Shown: positions 9,252 to 18,151 of the stretch, in pieces
How positions within the stretch are numbered: position 1 is the stretch's first letter
Layout: each line of letters opens with the position of its first letter
Source: a virus
IMG/VR virus record: IMGVR_UViG_3300044977_000034
Span: 14,059-78,058 of that record
DNA length: 64,000 nt
Direction: 5' to 3' (one strand)
Made by a program: the position numbers and the translations under genes
The notes under the pieces: model-generated
Databases searched by the model: none
Seen by the model: only the letters and a program-made list of their open reading frames with translations
Told to the model about the DNA's origin: nothing

Positions 9252-9456
9252 AGGCCTCCAGGCTGTCGATGAACGCGAGCACGCGCTCCTCGCCCAGGCA
9301 CGTCCAGGCCCGGTCATGCATAGCATGGTATGCAAACGCCGCCTTGGCGTGATCGAGATCCGGCGACTCCTCCAGGCAGATCGGCCACAGGATCTCCATG
9401 TCGATCGCCCGCTGCCGCTTATGCCACCACGCCTGAATCAGCGCCCAGAGACCCAT
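9244..9456 (-). CDS. Hypothetical protein
   Basis: 70-aa ORF with AAAGGA RBS. Confidence 0.6.
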   Translation of the reverse strand: MGLWALIQAWWHKRQRAIDMEILWPICLEESPDLDHAKAAFAYHAMHDRAWTCLGEERVLAFIDSLEAYD

Positions 9457-9498
9457 GTTCCTTTTTTGTCTCTCGATAGAGGCGGTATATCATTCGCC

Positions 9499-9617
9499 CG
9501 GTAGGGTGACGATAGCGTCCTCAAGACGTGTTCACCGATCCACGCCAGAAGGTTCGGTCCGCCCACGCGCCTGTCGGATGGACTGAAGGGGCCGGTTCCG
9601 GCGCTGGAGCCGGTCCC
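9499..9617 (+). ncRNA. Candidate three-hairpin small RNA
   Basis: TTGTCT-16-TATCAT upstream; three stems whose G.U pairs work only on the + strand. Confidence 0.35.
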
Positions 9618-9623
9618 ACCCCC

Positions 9624-11282
9624 TCAGACCGGATACAGCGGCATCGGCGGCATCGGGCTCTGCATCAGCTCCGCGTATTCCTCCATCTGAACCTCGGTGC
9701 TCTTCTTCAGCATCCCCCGATCGCGGAAAAACTTCAGCCCTTGGGTGACAGCGTCAACAATGTCGTCGTGCTTGCCCTTCGGGAAGCTCGCCATCTGCGA
9801 CATCGCCAGCTCCGCCCAGTCCCGAGGCCAAATCGCCCCATGGCTCTGAGTCTGCGCCGGAACCCAAACCACGCCCTTCCGCACCGAGCCGTCGGCCTGC
9901 TCCTCGCCCCACAGGTGACTCAGCGCATGCGCCCGCGAGGTCTTGTCCATGTTGCCCGGATCGATCCGCTGAACCGCGAACTCCTCGTCCCGCGTCAGCC
10001 GCGTCACCTCCTGGGCGACCGAGATCCCGCTCCCCTTCAGCTCGATGAGCAAGCGATCGACCTTGAGCTTGCGGCAGCTCTTGATCACCTCCTCGACCAG
10101 ATCGTTCAGCGGCAGCCGCTTCTGCCAGCACGCCATCAAAATCACTTGCTGGACGCCCTTGTGGTTCGTCCAAACCCCGAGCACGACGAACGCCGAATAG
10201 TCGTTCTCCTGCTTCTCGCCGTAAGCCGAATCCAGCGAGCCCACGATCATGTCCAGATCCGGAAATTGGCTCTCGTTGCGCCCATAGGTCACTGCGACGC
10301 TGCGCGACCATAGCTCCCAACCATTGTACGGAAAAATCCCGCCGCCACGCGGCGCAGGCCTTTGCTGGTACTGACCATTCCAGGCCCATTTGTCCATGTC
10401 GCGCTTGAGGTTCTCGACCTCCGGCCGAGCCCACCGCGCCGGAAACAACAGCTCCCCCTCCGAGCGCCGCCAGTCGCTGAAGCCGATCGACGTCTCGCAG
10501 TGCCGACCGCTCTCGTATTCCATCGGCAAAACCAGCTGAACGTAATCCGGCATGTGCTCCTGAATGACCCCCGAAATATCCGCCTCGTGCAGCCGCTGCA
10601 TCACCACAACGATCGCTGATTTCGCCTGATCGTTGAGCCGATTCACCGCGCTTTCTCTAAATCTACGTGTTGCCTTTTCTCGGTCGTTCTGGCTCTCTGC
10701 TTTCTCTACACTGTGAGGATCATCAAGTATAAGACGATCTCCTCTTCGGCTCGTAAGACTAGAGAAAGCAACACCATCCCTTGTCCCAGTAAGAGTGTTC
10801 TCAAAACTAAGTTCGCCGCCTCTGGTTAACTCAACGTGCGGCCAATGTCTTTGATACCAGTCGCTCGTTACTAGCAACCGCATCTTCCGAACGTCCCGAA
10901 CGCACGCGCTCTCCGCAAATGAACTCGAAATATACCGATAGCTCGTCAGACCCTTCGGTCCCCATTCCCACGCGGGCCACATCACCGACACGAGCAAACT
11001 CTTCGCGCTCCCTGGCGGGACATTGATCAGCAGCCGTGTGATCAGCCCAGCGGTCACCGATTCGAGGTGCTCGCAGATAGCCTCCACCAACATTCCACGT
11101 ACAAACGGCATCCTCGGTTCGAGGATCGGCCACGCCTCCTCTACAAACCCAACCAAGCTATCTCGGCACTTCTCCCTCACCGACGACATCGACTCCGTCG
11201 CCGCCATCGACGAGATCCCCAGCTCCCGCCGCATCAACTCGCTGACCACCGCCTCGTGACTGGGTAGATTCGACCTGGGCAT
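9624..11282 (-). CDS. terL: Terminase large subunit
   Basis: INVPPGSAKS Walker A, RGDRLILDDPH Walker B, MQRLHE, YQQRP, nuclease DSA...NDYSA and FPKGKHDDIVDA. Confidence 0.95.
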   Translation of the reverse strand: MPRSNLPSHEAVVSELMRRELGISSMAATESMSSVREKCRDSLVGFVEEAWPILEPRMPFVRGMLVEAICEHLESVTAGLITRLLINVPPGSAKSLLVSVMWPAWEWGPKGLTSYRYISSSFAESACVRDVRKMRLLVTSDWYQRHWPHVELTRGGELSFENTLTGTRDGVAFSSLTSRRGDRLILDDPHSVEKAESQNDREKATRRFRESAVNRLNDQAKSAIVVVMQRLHEADISGVIQEHMPDYVQLVLPMEYESGRHCETSIGFSDWRRSEGELLFPARWARPEVENLKRDMDKWAWNGQYQQRPAPRGGGIFPYNGWELWSRSVAVTYGRNESQFPDLDMIVGSLDSAYGEKQENDYSAFVVLGVWTNHKGVQQVILMACWQKRLPLNDLVEEVIKSCRKLKVDRLLIELKGSGISVAQEVTRLTRDEEFAVQRIDPGNMDKTSRAHALSHLWGEEQADGSVRKGVVWVPAQTQSHGAIWPRDWAELAMSQMASFPKGKHDDIVDAVTQGLKFFRDRGMLKKSTEVQMEEYAELMQSPMPPMPLYPV

Positions 11283-11739
11283 CTATCAAAACCGGATTCC
11301 GCGCCAAAGGCCGCAACGCCTTCTCCAGCTCAATCAATTGCGGCACGCTCAACCTTGTCAAATCCGGCCCGCGCTCCTCGTCCGCCTTCGGCGGCGCCCA
11401 GATCGGTCCGCCCCTCCGCTCCAGCCAAAACTTGTTCATGCTCGCGTCCGCCTGACGCCAGTTCTTCTCCGGCCCTCCCGTCGCCATCAAATACGCCGCC
11501 TGCGCGACCTCGTTCGTCCGCTTCGCTCCCCCCTTCATCATGAAGTCCTTGTACTTCCGGTACAGCCGCTCCGCGCTCAACCCCGTCAGCAGCGAGATCT
11601 CTTGAGGCGTCAGACCGTTCGCCGACATCTGCTCAACGCTCGCCTCCATCTCCTTCGCCTGCTTCTCTCGCTCCGCAAGCTCCTCCGTGCTCAGCGCCCG
11701 CGATCGCCGCGCCCTCGGCTTGCCCGCTTCTGCCATCAC
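11158..11739 (-). CDS. Probable terminase small subunit
   Basis: HTH-like GLTPQEISLLTGLSAERLYRKY and FWLERRGG; immediately upstream of and overlapping terL. Confidence 0.65.
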   Translation of the reverse strand: MMAEAGKPRARRSRALSTEELAEREKQAKEMEASVEQMSANGLTPQEISLLTGLSAERLYRKYKDFMMKGGAKRTNEVAQAAYLMATGGPEKNWRQADASMNKFWLERRGGPIWAPPKADEERGPDLTRLSVPQLIELEKALRPLARNPVLIDAQVESTQSRGGGQRVDAAGAGDLVDGGDGVDVVGEGEVPR

Positions 11740-12257
11740 TCGCCCTCATCATCCGCCTGGGGAGACCGAACACTGCGCAATTGCTGAACCGCAACCGGCA
11801 AACTCGACCCCCCATCTCCAGCCAACCGTACTTGGCTCGCCGGTAGCGAAATCCGCCGCATCGGACGCAAAACCGGCACAAAAATCACAGTGTCAAACCC
11901 CAAATGATAGAGCGCCAAAAGATCAACCTCATCCGACGTCAGCAACCTGTTCACATATCTCCCGCCACCAATCGACCGCTGCTTCGCAAGCTCCCAAGTA
12001 CACCGCTCCTTCAGCCCACCTTGATGGTAGTCACTCGTCGACTTCACATCCACACGATAAGACCGCCCCTCATAATCCAAAATAATGTCAAACCCTATCG
12101 TGTCTACATGCACACAGTAATGCCCCATCTTCGTCAAAAAAGCGCAAACCATAAACTCAGCATATCGCGGAAGTCGAGGAAACTTCTCAGCCTCAACTTC
12201 AGCAGAACTCGAAACGTCTACAATATTGCCAAATAAATCCTTCACTTCTCCCATCAC
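11736..12257 (-). CDS. PD-(D/E)XK endonuclease, possible free-standing homing endonuclease
   Basis: AEFMVCAFL...GFDIILD...RVDVKST; low GC. Confidence 0.7.
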   Translation of the reverse strand: MMGEVKDLFGNIVDVSSSAEVEAEKFPRLPRYAEFMVCAFLTKMGHYCVHVDTIGFDIILDYEGRSYRVDVKSTSDYHQGGLKERCTWELAKQRSIGGGRYVNRLLTSDEVDLLALYHLGFDTVIFVPVLRPMRRISLPASQVRLAGDGGSSLPVAVQQLRSVRSPQADDEGE

Positions 12258-12573
12258 ACATCTCCATTACGCTAATACTACACGGGGCAACCCATATTTT
12301 TGCCTCGTGGTTATAGGCTTAAAACTTTCCGACCAGCACTCCCCCCCCACCCTCCTGGCACCATTACGGCACCCTATCGGCACCGTTGCGGCACTGAATA
12401 CGCCCCTGGCAGTGGTGCAGAACGCCATGCGTTCTACGCCTGTCTCACAATCCGAAGATAGCGAGCGCGCAACGCCTGGAGATGCCCGCAATTGCTGGGC
12501 TTTCCGGGCCATGCGGTTGACCGGAGGCGGCGCTGCGCGGAAACCAGTTGACCGAGCGCGAAACCGGGCCGCA

Positions 12574-12987
12574 GGGACGCCCGACGCGCGCCGCGCGACA
12601 ATCAATCTTCGCATCCGGAGGAGGGAACCGGCGGGGAAGTGATCGAATCGTCGATCGCTGGCCGCTGCCCTCATGAACGTGAATGCAGGCTTTAGCGGCG
12701 GGACGAAGAAAGGGTTTGCCCAACGGGACGCGCAGCGCCCTTTCTTTGTCCCGGCGTGGGGACATTAGCGGGACAAAGGGCATCATTATTGACGTTTTCT
12801 CGCGGCGGAGCGCTAATGTTTGAACGCCTGGGGCCTGGGCGCTGCGGGACCTCGCTTAAACCGGGCGCTAGTCGCGCCCGCGCTCCGTCCCTTGGCCGCT
12901 ATGGGCTGGTGGAATGTGGCGGGGGGAGGGGGGATAGGGGGGAACCGTCACAATACTTGTCAAGAGGGACATGGCGGATAGCGGGAC
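12574..12987. repeat. GGGAC repeat cluster 1 (10 copies)
   Basis: Copies at 12574, 12700, 12725, 12748r, 12759, 12770, 12846, 12887r, 12966, 12983. Confidence 0.7.
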
Positions 12988-13092
12988 GGAATTGAAAATT
13001 TAATGTTTGAGGTGGGGCAAGCCACTGATTTGACTACCTCGCATTTTATGCAAGATTGGCCTTCAGACGCTCACAGAAGGCCGCTGGCGAGC

Positions 13093-13467
13093 ATGGCGAA
13101 CAATCCGGCGCTGATTCCTGCCCAATCAATCGACGAGGTTTTGAGGCCTCGTGGATGGCTCCAATTGCGGCTGCAAAGCCACAAGTCTGGGGTATGGTTT
13201 GGCTGGTCTCTGCGCCAGCGGCGCAACTGGTGGCGCGTGAGCGGCTGGGCCGACAAGTCCGAGTCGATCGTCATCGGCCATGTTGACTTTGACGCGCGCG
13301 TGTTCCGGCCGGTTCCGGGTCGAGGCGGCTTGCCTCAAACGGTGATGTTTGGATGGCTCTTGCGCCGTCTCGCGTCTGGCGAGCTACCGCTGGCTGACGC
13401 TGACCTGTACGCGCTGACGCTGAACGTCGAGACACTCCAAACCCGTCAACGGCGCCTTCGCCGATGA
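13093..13467 (+). CDS. Hypothetical protein
   Basis: MANNPALIP... ORF, ATGA-coupled to the next gene; start uncertain. Confidence 0.4.
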   Translation: MANNPALIPAQSIDEVLRPRGWLQLRLQSHKSGVWFGWSLRQRRNWWRVSGWADKSESIVIGHVDFDARVFRPVPGRGGLPQTVMFGWLLRRLASGELPLADADLYALTLNVETLQTRQRRLRR

Positions 13468-13646
13468 TCGATCGCGACGAGGCGTGCGACCGCCTGGAGG
13501 ATGAGAACCTCACCGACTGGGAGGCGGACTTTGTCGCCTCGATTCGCGACTGGCACGGTTCGCTGACTGACGCGCAGGCTGAGACGCTGGCGCGTTTGGT
13601 CAAGCGGCGGCTGGGCGAGGACTGTGACCCGACAGACTTTCAATGA
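13464..13646 (+). CDS. Hypothetical protein (LTDWEADFVASI...LTDAQ)
   Basis: 60-aa ORF with a helical motif seen in phage proteins. Confidence 0.65.
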   Translation: MIDRDEACDRLEDENLTDWEADFVASIRDWHGSLTDAQAETLARLVKRRLGEDCDPTDFQ

Positions 13647-13660
13647 GGAGGAACCGAGCC

Positions 13661-13819
13661 ATGGCGAGAGACAAGTATGAGCAACACGCCCGGATCGTGA
13701 TCGATCAATTGTTCCCGCAATGGCCGGACGAGGCGCGCGCGTCTCTGGTCTGGCTACTGGTTGATTTTCTCCTGAGTCTGGACGGCATCTGCGCCAAGAT
13801 GCCTGAAGGGCCGCAATGA
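13661..13819 (+). CDS. Hypothetical protein, 52 aa (MARDKYEQH...)
   Basis: GAGGAGG RBS; shorter than the ORFs in the track. Confidence 0.55.
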   Translation: MARDKYEQHARIVIDQLFPQWPDEARASLVWLLVDFLLSLDGICAKMPEGPQ

Positions 13820-14013
13820 CTTAGGCGGCAAATTTCTGAAAAGCACCTCGAGATCGGTAAACCGGGAAAACTCCTAGATCGCTGTTAACATCGCCAGTTA
13901 TCAGAACATCATCTTTCGGCTTTGCCGACTTTTTCTGCAAACCTGACTTTCCCGTAGCTTAGGGTAAATTCGGCGTATTTGGCCGCTGATGGGCCTTGCC
14001 GGAATCTCCGGGC

Positions 14014-14028
14014 TTGCACGGCGTGCAA
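14014..14028. promoter_or_regulatory. Palindromic operator TTGCA-N5-TGCAA
   Basis: TTGCACGGCGTGCAA, one of six exact intergenic copies. Confidence 0.65.
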
Positions 14029-14100
14029 AAATGGACCCCGCTCACGGGCGATCTATGGCCGTTTAATCGCCTATCGTCTTTTGTGGCTTGAGAGGCGTTT

Positions 14101-14376
14101 GTCCCTGGCTTGTCCCGTCTCAGTCCCGCCTGTTTAAGCGTGTCCGAGCCGAATCGACGCGCGGGACACGCGCGGGACATTGTGCAAGCATTCCGCCCGG
14201 AATTGCTCAGGTCGAGAGGGACAAGCGCGGGACGCAACCAGCCCTATGTATATAAAGCGTGCAAAAAGCGTCGTGATGGCGACGAAAACCTCTTGACCGC
14301 GCGTCCCGCAACGATCATATAGAGGGACATGCGCGCCGCCTACGGCGCCCCAAAAGAGGAGTCGAGATCATGTCCC
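14101..14376. repeat. GGGAC repeat cluster 2 (10 copies, several 11 bp apart)
   Basis: Copies at 14101r, 14112r, 14123r, 14163, 14174, 14218, 14229, 14303r, 14324, 14372r. Confidence 0.7.
14293..14365 (+). promoter_or_regulatory. Early promoter, CCUA-loop hairpin and GGAGTCGA box
   Basis: TTGACC-17-CATATA; GCGCCG-CCTA-CGGCGC hairpin; GGAGTCGA at 14358. Confidence 0.7.
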
Positions 14377-14606
14377 GTTTTGAAATGAAGGTGAACGATA
14401 CCGCCGATTGGGCCGAGCACGATTGGCTCGTTTTCGAGGACGGCGTGATGGTTCATGGGTTCGCTGGGTCCAATGCGGCCGAGCGTTTCATCGCCCGTCG
14501 TCAGGCTGCGATCGCGATCGACAAAGAGATTGCTCGCGCTCGCCGGACGTCTCGCGTGTCGAACGCCGAGGCGCGCCGCATCCACGCTCTTTTGCGGAGG
14601 CGCTGA
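14370..14606 (+). CDS. Early hypothetical protein
   Basis: 78 aa, GGAGTCGA RBS. Confidence 0.75.
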   Translation: MSRFEMKVNDTADWAEHDWLVFEDGVMVHGFAGSNAAERFIARRQAAIAIDKEIARARRTSRVSNAEARRIHALLRRR

Positions 14607-14608
14607 CA

Positions 14609-14671
14609 AGGCGAAACGCGATCGGCTATTGGCCGATCGCGTCCTGGCGTGAGGCGCCAGCTGACGAGCCT
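14609..14671 (+). ncRNA. Type II hammerhead ribozyme 1 (predicted cleavage after C14643)
   Basis: AGGC-GAAA-stem III hairpin-GUC-CTGGCG/TGAGG/CGCCAG-CTGACGA-GCCT; complete catalytic core. Confidence 0.92.
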
Positions 14672-14701
14672 ACCGTCTGCCATCCAACCGGAGTCGAATC
14701 C

Positions 14702-15118
14702 ATGTCACGCGAATCTGATCTGCGCCCGTTCTCGTTTGATGATCTGCCTTGCCGCGACGGCAAGCGCGTCGAGCCCGAAAAATGGGGACCGAAATATTCC
14801 CGGCCGGTGAAACCCGGCAAGCCGGTCGATCGCTGCCCCACCAATTGCGCGAGCGGGCAGAAGTATGACTTCGACGCGGGGAAACACCGGGCGAAGATCC
14901 GGGCGGAGTTCGTCGCCCAGGCTAACGCCGATCGGCGGTCCTGGGCGGAGGGCAAGCCGCGCGCGAAGGCCTGGGGCCTCACCGAGACGATTGTCGACGT
15001 CTACAAGGCGGCCATGCGCGACAAGCGCAAGCGTGAGTTCGCCGCGCAGTCCGCAAAAAATGCCGAGTACCTACAATTTTTTCTCGACGACGACGCCCCG
15101 ATCGCGAGGGCGGCATGA
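14702..15118 (+). CDS. Early hypothetical protein (MSRESDLRPF...)
   Basis: Start set by the GGAGTCGAA RBS at 14690. Confidence 0.7.
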   Translation: MSRESDLRPFSFDDLPCRDGKRVEPEKWGPKYSRPVKPGKPVDRCPTNCASGQKYDFDAGKHRAKIRAEFVAQANADRRSWAEGKPRAKAWGLTETIVDVYKAAMRDKRKREFAAQSAKNAEYLQFFLDDDAPIARAA

Positions 15119-15300
15119 TGACCAAGTGGATTGTGACCTATCCCGGCATCACTCAAGACCTAACCCGCGCCTTCGACAACGAGTCGGAGGCCAAGCAATT
15201 CGCGCGCGTCCGCCGGGATCGCGAACTGCATATGTGGCGCCATGTCCGCCTTGAACGGACCGAGGACAATTGCGTCACCATGATCCCGGTCAAGTTCTAA
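15115..15300 (+). CDS. Early hypothetical protein
   Basis: ATGA coupling. Confidence 0.7.
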   Translation: MMTKWIVTYPGITQDLTRAFDNESEAKQFARVRRDRELHMWRHVRLERTEDNCVTMIPVKF

Positions 15301-15365
15301 GGCGAAACGAGGAGGCCCGTCAGCGGGCTTCCTTGTCGCGCGGTGAGGCCGCGCCTGATGAGCCT
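15300..15365 (+). ncRNA. Type II hammerhead ribozyme 2 (predicted cleavage after C15337)
   Basis: AGGC-GAAA-13-bp stem III-GUC-GCGCGG/TGAGG/CCGCGC-CTGATGA-GCCT. Confidence 0.93.
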
Positions 15366-15383
15366 AACCAACAGGAGTCGAAT

Positions 15384-15668
15384 ATGACAGACCGCAAGAT
15401 TGATTACGTGACCTTTGACGATGACCCGGACGGGCTCGATTGGAAGGCGCCGATCTACGACAAGGACGGGACGCCTCGTCCGCAAATTGTCTTGATGGCG
15501 CTCGCCTACCGCGACGGGAGCGATGACCTCGTCGATTCGCTAAGCACCATCGATTTCTATCAGGAGCGCGGCGACTGGATTCGGGGGACGTTCCGGCGCG
15601 TGCGGGACATCCCGGCGCGTTGCGCCCATCTGCGTGAGGTCGCGGAACAGCTGGGGTTGAAGCAATGA
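15384..15668 (+). CDS. Early hypothetical protein (MTDRKIDY...)
   Basis: GGAGTCGAA RBS at 15374. Confidence 0.7.
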   Translation: MTDRKIDYVTFDDDPDGLDWKAPIYDKDGTPRPQIVLMALAYRDGSDDLVDSLSTIDFYQERGDWIRGTFRRVRDIPARCAHLREVAEQLGLKQ

Positions 15669-15955
15669 GACTGCCCACCATCCACCTGAACGGGACCGAC
15701 GCACAGTCGCTCTTTGACGGCTACAAGGCCGCCCATGAGGCGATCAAAGCCGCTCAAGAGGCGCTCGCCCAGTGCGCGCCCAATGGCCGCGACTACTACG
15801 TCCAAAAGACCGAGTCCGGCGACTGGACCGACGTACCCACCAACGAGGCGATATATGAGCACCGCGCCCGGATGGCGGCGCTGGAAACGATCGAGCGTGA
15901 CCTTGAGGCGCTCGCCCTGCACGTCATGGACGCTGACCCCAAGGTGCGGACGTGA
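15665..15955 (+). CDS. Early hypothetical protein (PTIHLNGT...PNGRDYY)
   Basis: ATGA coupling; motif seen in phage proteins. Confidence 0.75.
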   Translation: MRLPTIHLNGTDAQSLFDGYKAAHEAIKAAQEALAQCAPNGRDYYVQKTESGDWTDVPTNEAIYEHRARMAALETIERDLEALALHVMDADPKVRT

Positions 15956-16002
15956 TCGGCCTCGCCTGCCTGTTCGCGCTGTTCATGTTGGCGAGCGGCA
16001 GA

Positions 16003-16098
16003 ATATAAAAACGGTTGCCATGTTGACAAGTTTTGCAGTCAACGCTATCTGAGAGGGGCGCGGCGCCTACCGCGCCCCTTAACTTTTTTGGAGTCGAA
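16003..16098 (+). promoter_or_regulatory. Early promoter, CGCCUA-loop hairpin and GGAGTCGAA box
   Basis: TTGACA(16023)-17-TATCTG. Upstream ATAAAAACrGTyGCCATGTTG is shared with the 18.7-kb promoter. 10-bp hairpin at 16054-79. Confidence 0.75.
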
Positions 16099-16102
16099 TC
16101 CC

Positions 16103-17011
16103 ATGCGTGACCTACACCGAGAAATTACCGACAAAATCCTCGCCCAGCTCAAGACGGGCGTGGCGCCCTGGCGCAAGCCCTGGTCTGAGCACGTCCAGGC
16201 GCACGGTTCCGTGATGCCGCGCAACGCCGTCACCGGCCGCGCCTATTCGGGCGCCAACGTCCTGTTGTTGTGGGGCGTAGCGCAGACTGAGGGCTACGGC
16301 CCGAGGTGGCTGACGTTCAAACAGGCCAAGGCGGCTGGCGGGACTGTGCGCGCGGGCGAGCACGGCGTGGCCGTGATCTTCGTCAAGCGCATGCTGGTGC
16401 GCGATCGAAAGGACCCGGACGCGCACAAGACGATCGGTTTTCTCAAGGCCTATACCGTGTTCAACACGGCCCAGTGCGACGGCTTGCCGGACTCGGTCCT
16501 GGGCATTGGCGAGGCTCCCCTGCACCGCCCGGTGAACCCGGACGGGCGCGATGCTGACCTCGATGCCTTCGTCGCGGCGACCGAAATTCGCTTTGTCGAG
16601 CAAGGCATCAAAGCCCAATATTCGCCCCTGTTCGACCGCATCGAGATGCCGCCTTTCGCCCAGTTCAAGGGCGCCCATCCGTACTACGCGACCATGTTCC
16701 ATGAGATGGGGCACGCCACCGGCCACAAGAGCCGCCTGGACCGCAACCTCAACAACAAATTCGGCGACCGCTCCTATGCGGCCGAGGAGCTAATCGCCGA
16801 GCTAACGTCGGCCTTTGTGTGCGCGGAGTGGGGCATCGACATGGGCGAGGCTCCGGCCGCCTACATCGAGACCTGGGTCTCGCTCCTGGCCGAGAAGGAA
16901 ACGGCGATCGTGACCGCCGCTGCGGCGGCCTCGCGCGCGGTGGAGTGGATGCGGGGCGCGGCGAGCGCCGAGGAGGCGGACGAGGACGAACCCCTGCCCA
17001 TGGCCGCCTAA
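16103..17011 (+). CDS. ardC: Antirestriction protein ArdC (ssDNA-binding plus zincin domains)
   Basis: PWRKPW, PRNAVTGRAYSGAN, WLTFKQA, YTVFN..QC, HEMGHATGH..RLDR, YAAEELIAE. Confidence 0.93.
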   Translation: MRDLHREITDKILAQLKTGVAPWRKPWSEHVQAHGSVMPRNAVTGRAYSGANVLLLWGVAQTEGYGPRWLTFKQAKAAGGTVRAGEHGVAVIFVKRMLVRDRKDPDAHKTIGFLKAYTVFNTAQCDGLPDSVLGIGEAPLHRPVNPDGRDADLDAFVAATEIRFVEQGIKAQYSPLFDRIEMPPFAQFKGAHPYYATMFHEMGHATGHKSRLDRNLNNKFGDRSYAAEELIAELTSAFVCAEWGIDMGEAPAAYIETWVSLLAEKETAIVTAAAAASRAVEWMRGAASAEEADEDEPLPMAA

Positions 17012-17035
17012 TTCAATCCTGAGAGGAGTCGAGCA

Positions 17036-17266
17036 ATGTCTAAGCCACAGTACGTCGTAGTGATCACCTTCGCCAACGGTTCGATCGATCGCCTATCGTT
17101 CGATCGCTGGTCCCAGTGCCGGGACGTCTGCCAACACGGCATCAGCTACAGCGGCGGTCGCGTGCGCCGCGTCGAGGTGGATTGCGCCGCGCTTGGCGGC
17201 GGCCTGCGGGCTATGTGGGACGTCTCGTGGACGGCCGAGAGTCAGCACGCTGGTCTGTACAACTAA
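17036..17266 (+). CDS. Early hypothetical protein
   Basis: GGAGTCGA RBS at 17025. Confidence 0.7.
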   Translation: MSKPQYVVVITFANGSIDRLSFDRWSQCRDVCQHGISYSGGRVRRVEVDCAALGGGLRAMWDVSWTAESQHAGLYN

Positions 17267-17328
17267 GGGCGAAACGGCGGCCGAGCGATCGGCCGTTGTC
17301 GCGGCGTAAGGCGCCGCCTGATGAGCCT
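17267..17328 (+). ncRNA. Type II hammerhead ribozyme 3 (predicted cleavage after C17300)
   Basis: GGGC-GAAA-stem III with GCGA tetraloop-GUC-GCGGCG/TAAGG/CGCCGC-CTGATGA-GCCT. Confidence 0.93.
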
Positions 17329-17343
17329 AAACAGGAGTCGAAA

Positions 17344-17847
17344 ATGATTAGTGACGAAGACAAGCTTGCGGCGGCCGAGGCGCTCGACCGGGCCTATGCA
17401 AAGGCGGAGGCCTTTGACGCGGCGCAAGAGGAAGACCGCAAATTGGATGCCTACGGGCATCTGACGTGGACGCTTGGGGATGACGATTGGATGGCGTGTT
17501 TCGACGCCGTCCGGATAGGCTCCGAGATCGCCTACCACGTCGTGGTCGACTGTGAGTCGGGCGGTTTTATCTCCACAATCGAGAAGGGCGTCGTGCCAGT
17601 TAGCGAGGCCGCGCGCCTCATTAATCTGCCGAGCCAGTACGTTGATATGGCGATCGAGAACCATCTCGACGCGCGCCGTAAACGCGAACCCGTGGGCCGG
17701 TTCGCCTATCGCGGCTGCGAGAAGCGCTGGGCGCGACATATCAAGCAGCTCATCAAGCAAAAGCCGGAGCCCCAGGACGATGACGTCGAGGACGTTGACC
17801 AAGCGGCCGAGCTACGCAAGGCGGCGCTGAATCGGGGGCAACCATGA
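17344..17847 (+). CDS. Early hypothetical protein (MISDEDKL...)
   Basis: GGAGTCGAA RBS at 17334. Confidence 0.7.
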   Translation: MISDEDKLAAAEALDRAYAKAEAFDAAQEEDRKLDAYGHLTWTLGDDDWMACFDAVRIGSEIAYHVVVDCESGGFISTIEKGVVPVSEAARLINLPSQYVDMAIENHLDARRKREPVGRFAYRGCEKRWARHIKQLIKQKPEPQDDDVEDVDQAAELRKAALNRGQP

Positions 17848-18077
17848 GCCAAGTTATATTCACGCGCTGGTGCCTGGACCCCAAGGGGCGCACGCCGGTC
17901 TCGGTTGACCCGGCGCGCGTCGATTGCACCGAGCACTACGGCGATGCTTTCCAGGCGCCCTACGCTGACGGTGAAGCCTTCCCGGCGGCCACGCGGGTCA
18001 TCATGAAGGGCAAGCAAGAATATGTCGTCCAAGGGGCTCTGGCTGACGTCGTGGCGCGCCTGAACGTCAACGACTGA
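17844..18077 (+). CDS. Early hypothetical protein
   Basis: ATGA coupling. Confidence 0.7.
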   Translation: MSQVIFTRWCLDPKGRTPVSVDPARVDCTEHYGDAFQAPYADGEAFPAATRVIMKGKQEYVVQGALADVVARLNVND

Positions 18078-18151
18078 GAACGCGAGCGGGACGGCGTCGA
18101 GCAATCGTCGCCGCCTCGCGGGCGCTCTTGCCCGGTTAAGGAGTCGAACCC

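Noticed and set aside
18140-18150. GGAGTCGAACC as tRNA remnants or attP cores on the - strand
   Set aside because: No cloverleaf or CCA around them, and the fixed position relative to ATG fits an RBS-linked role better
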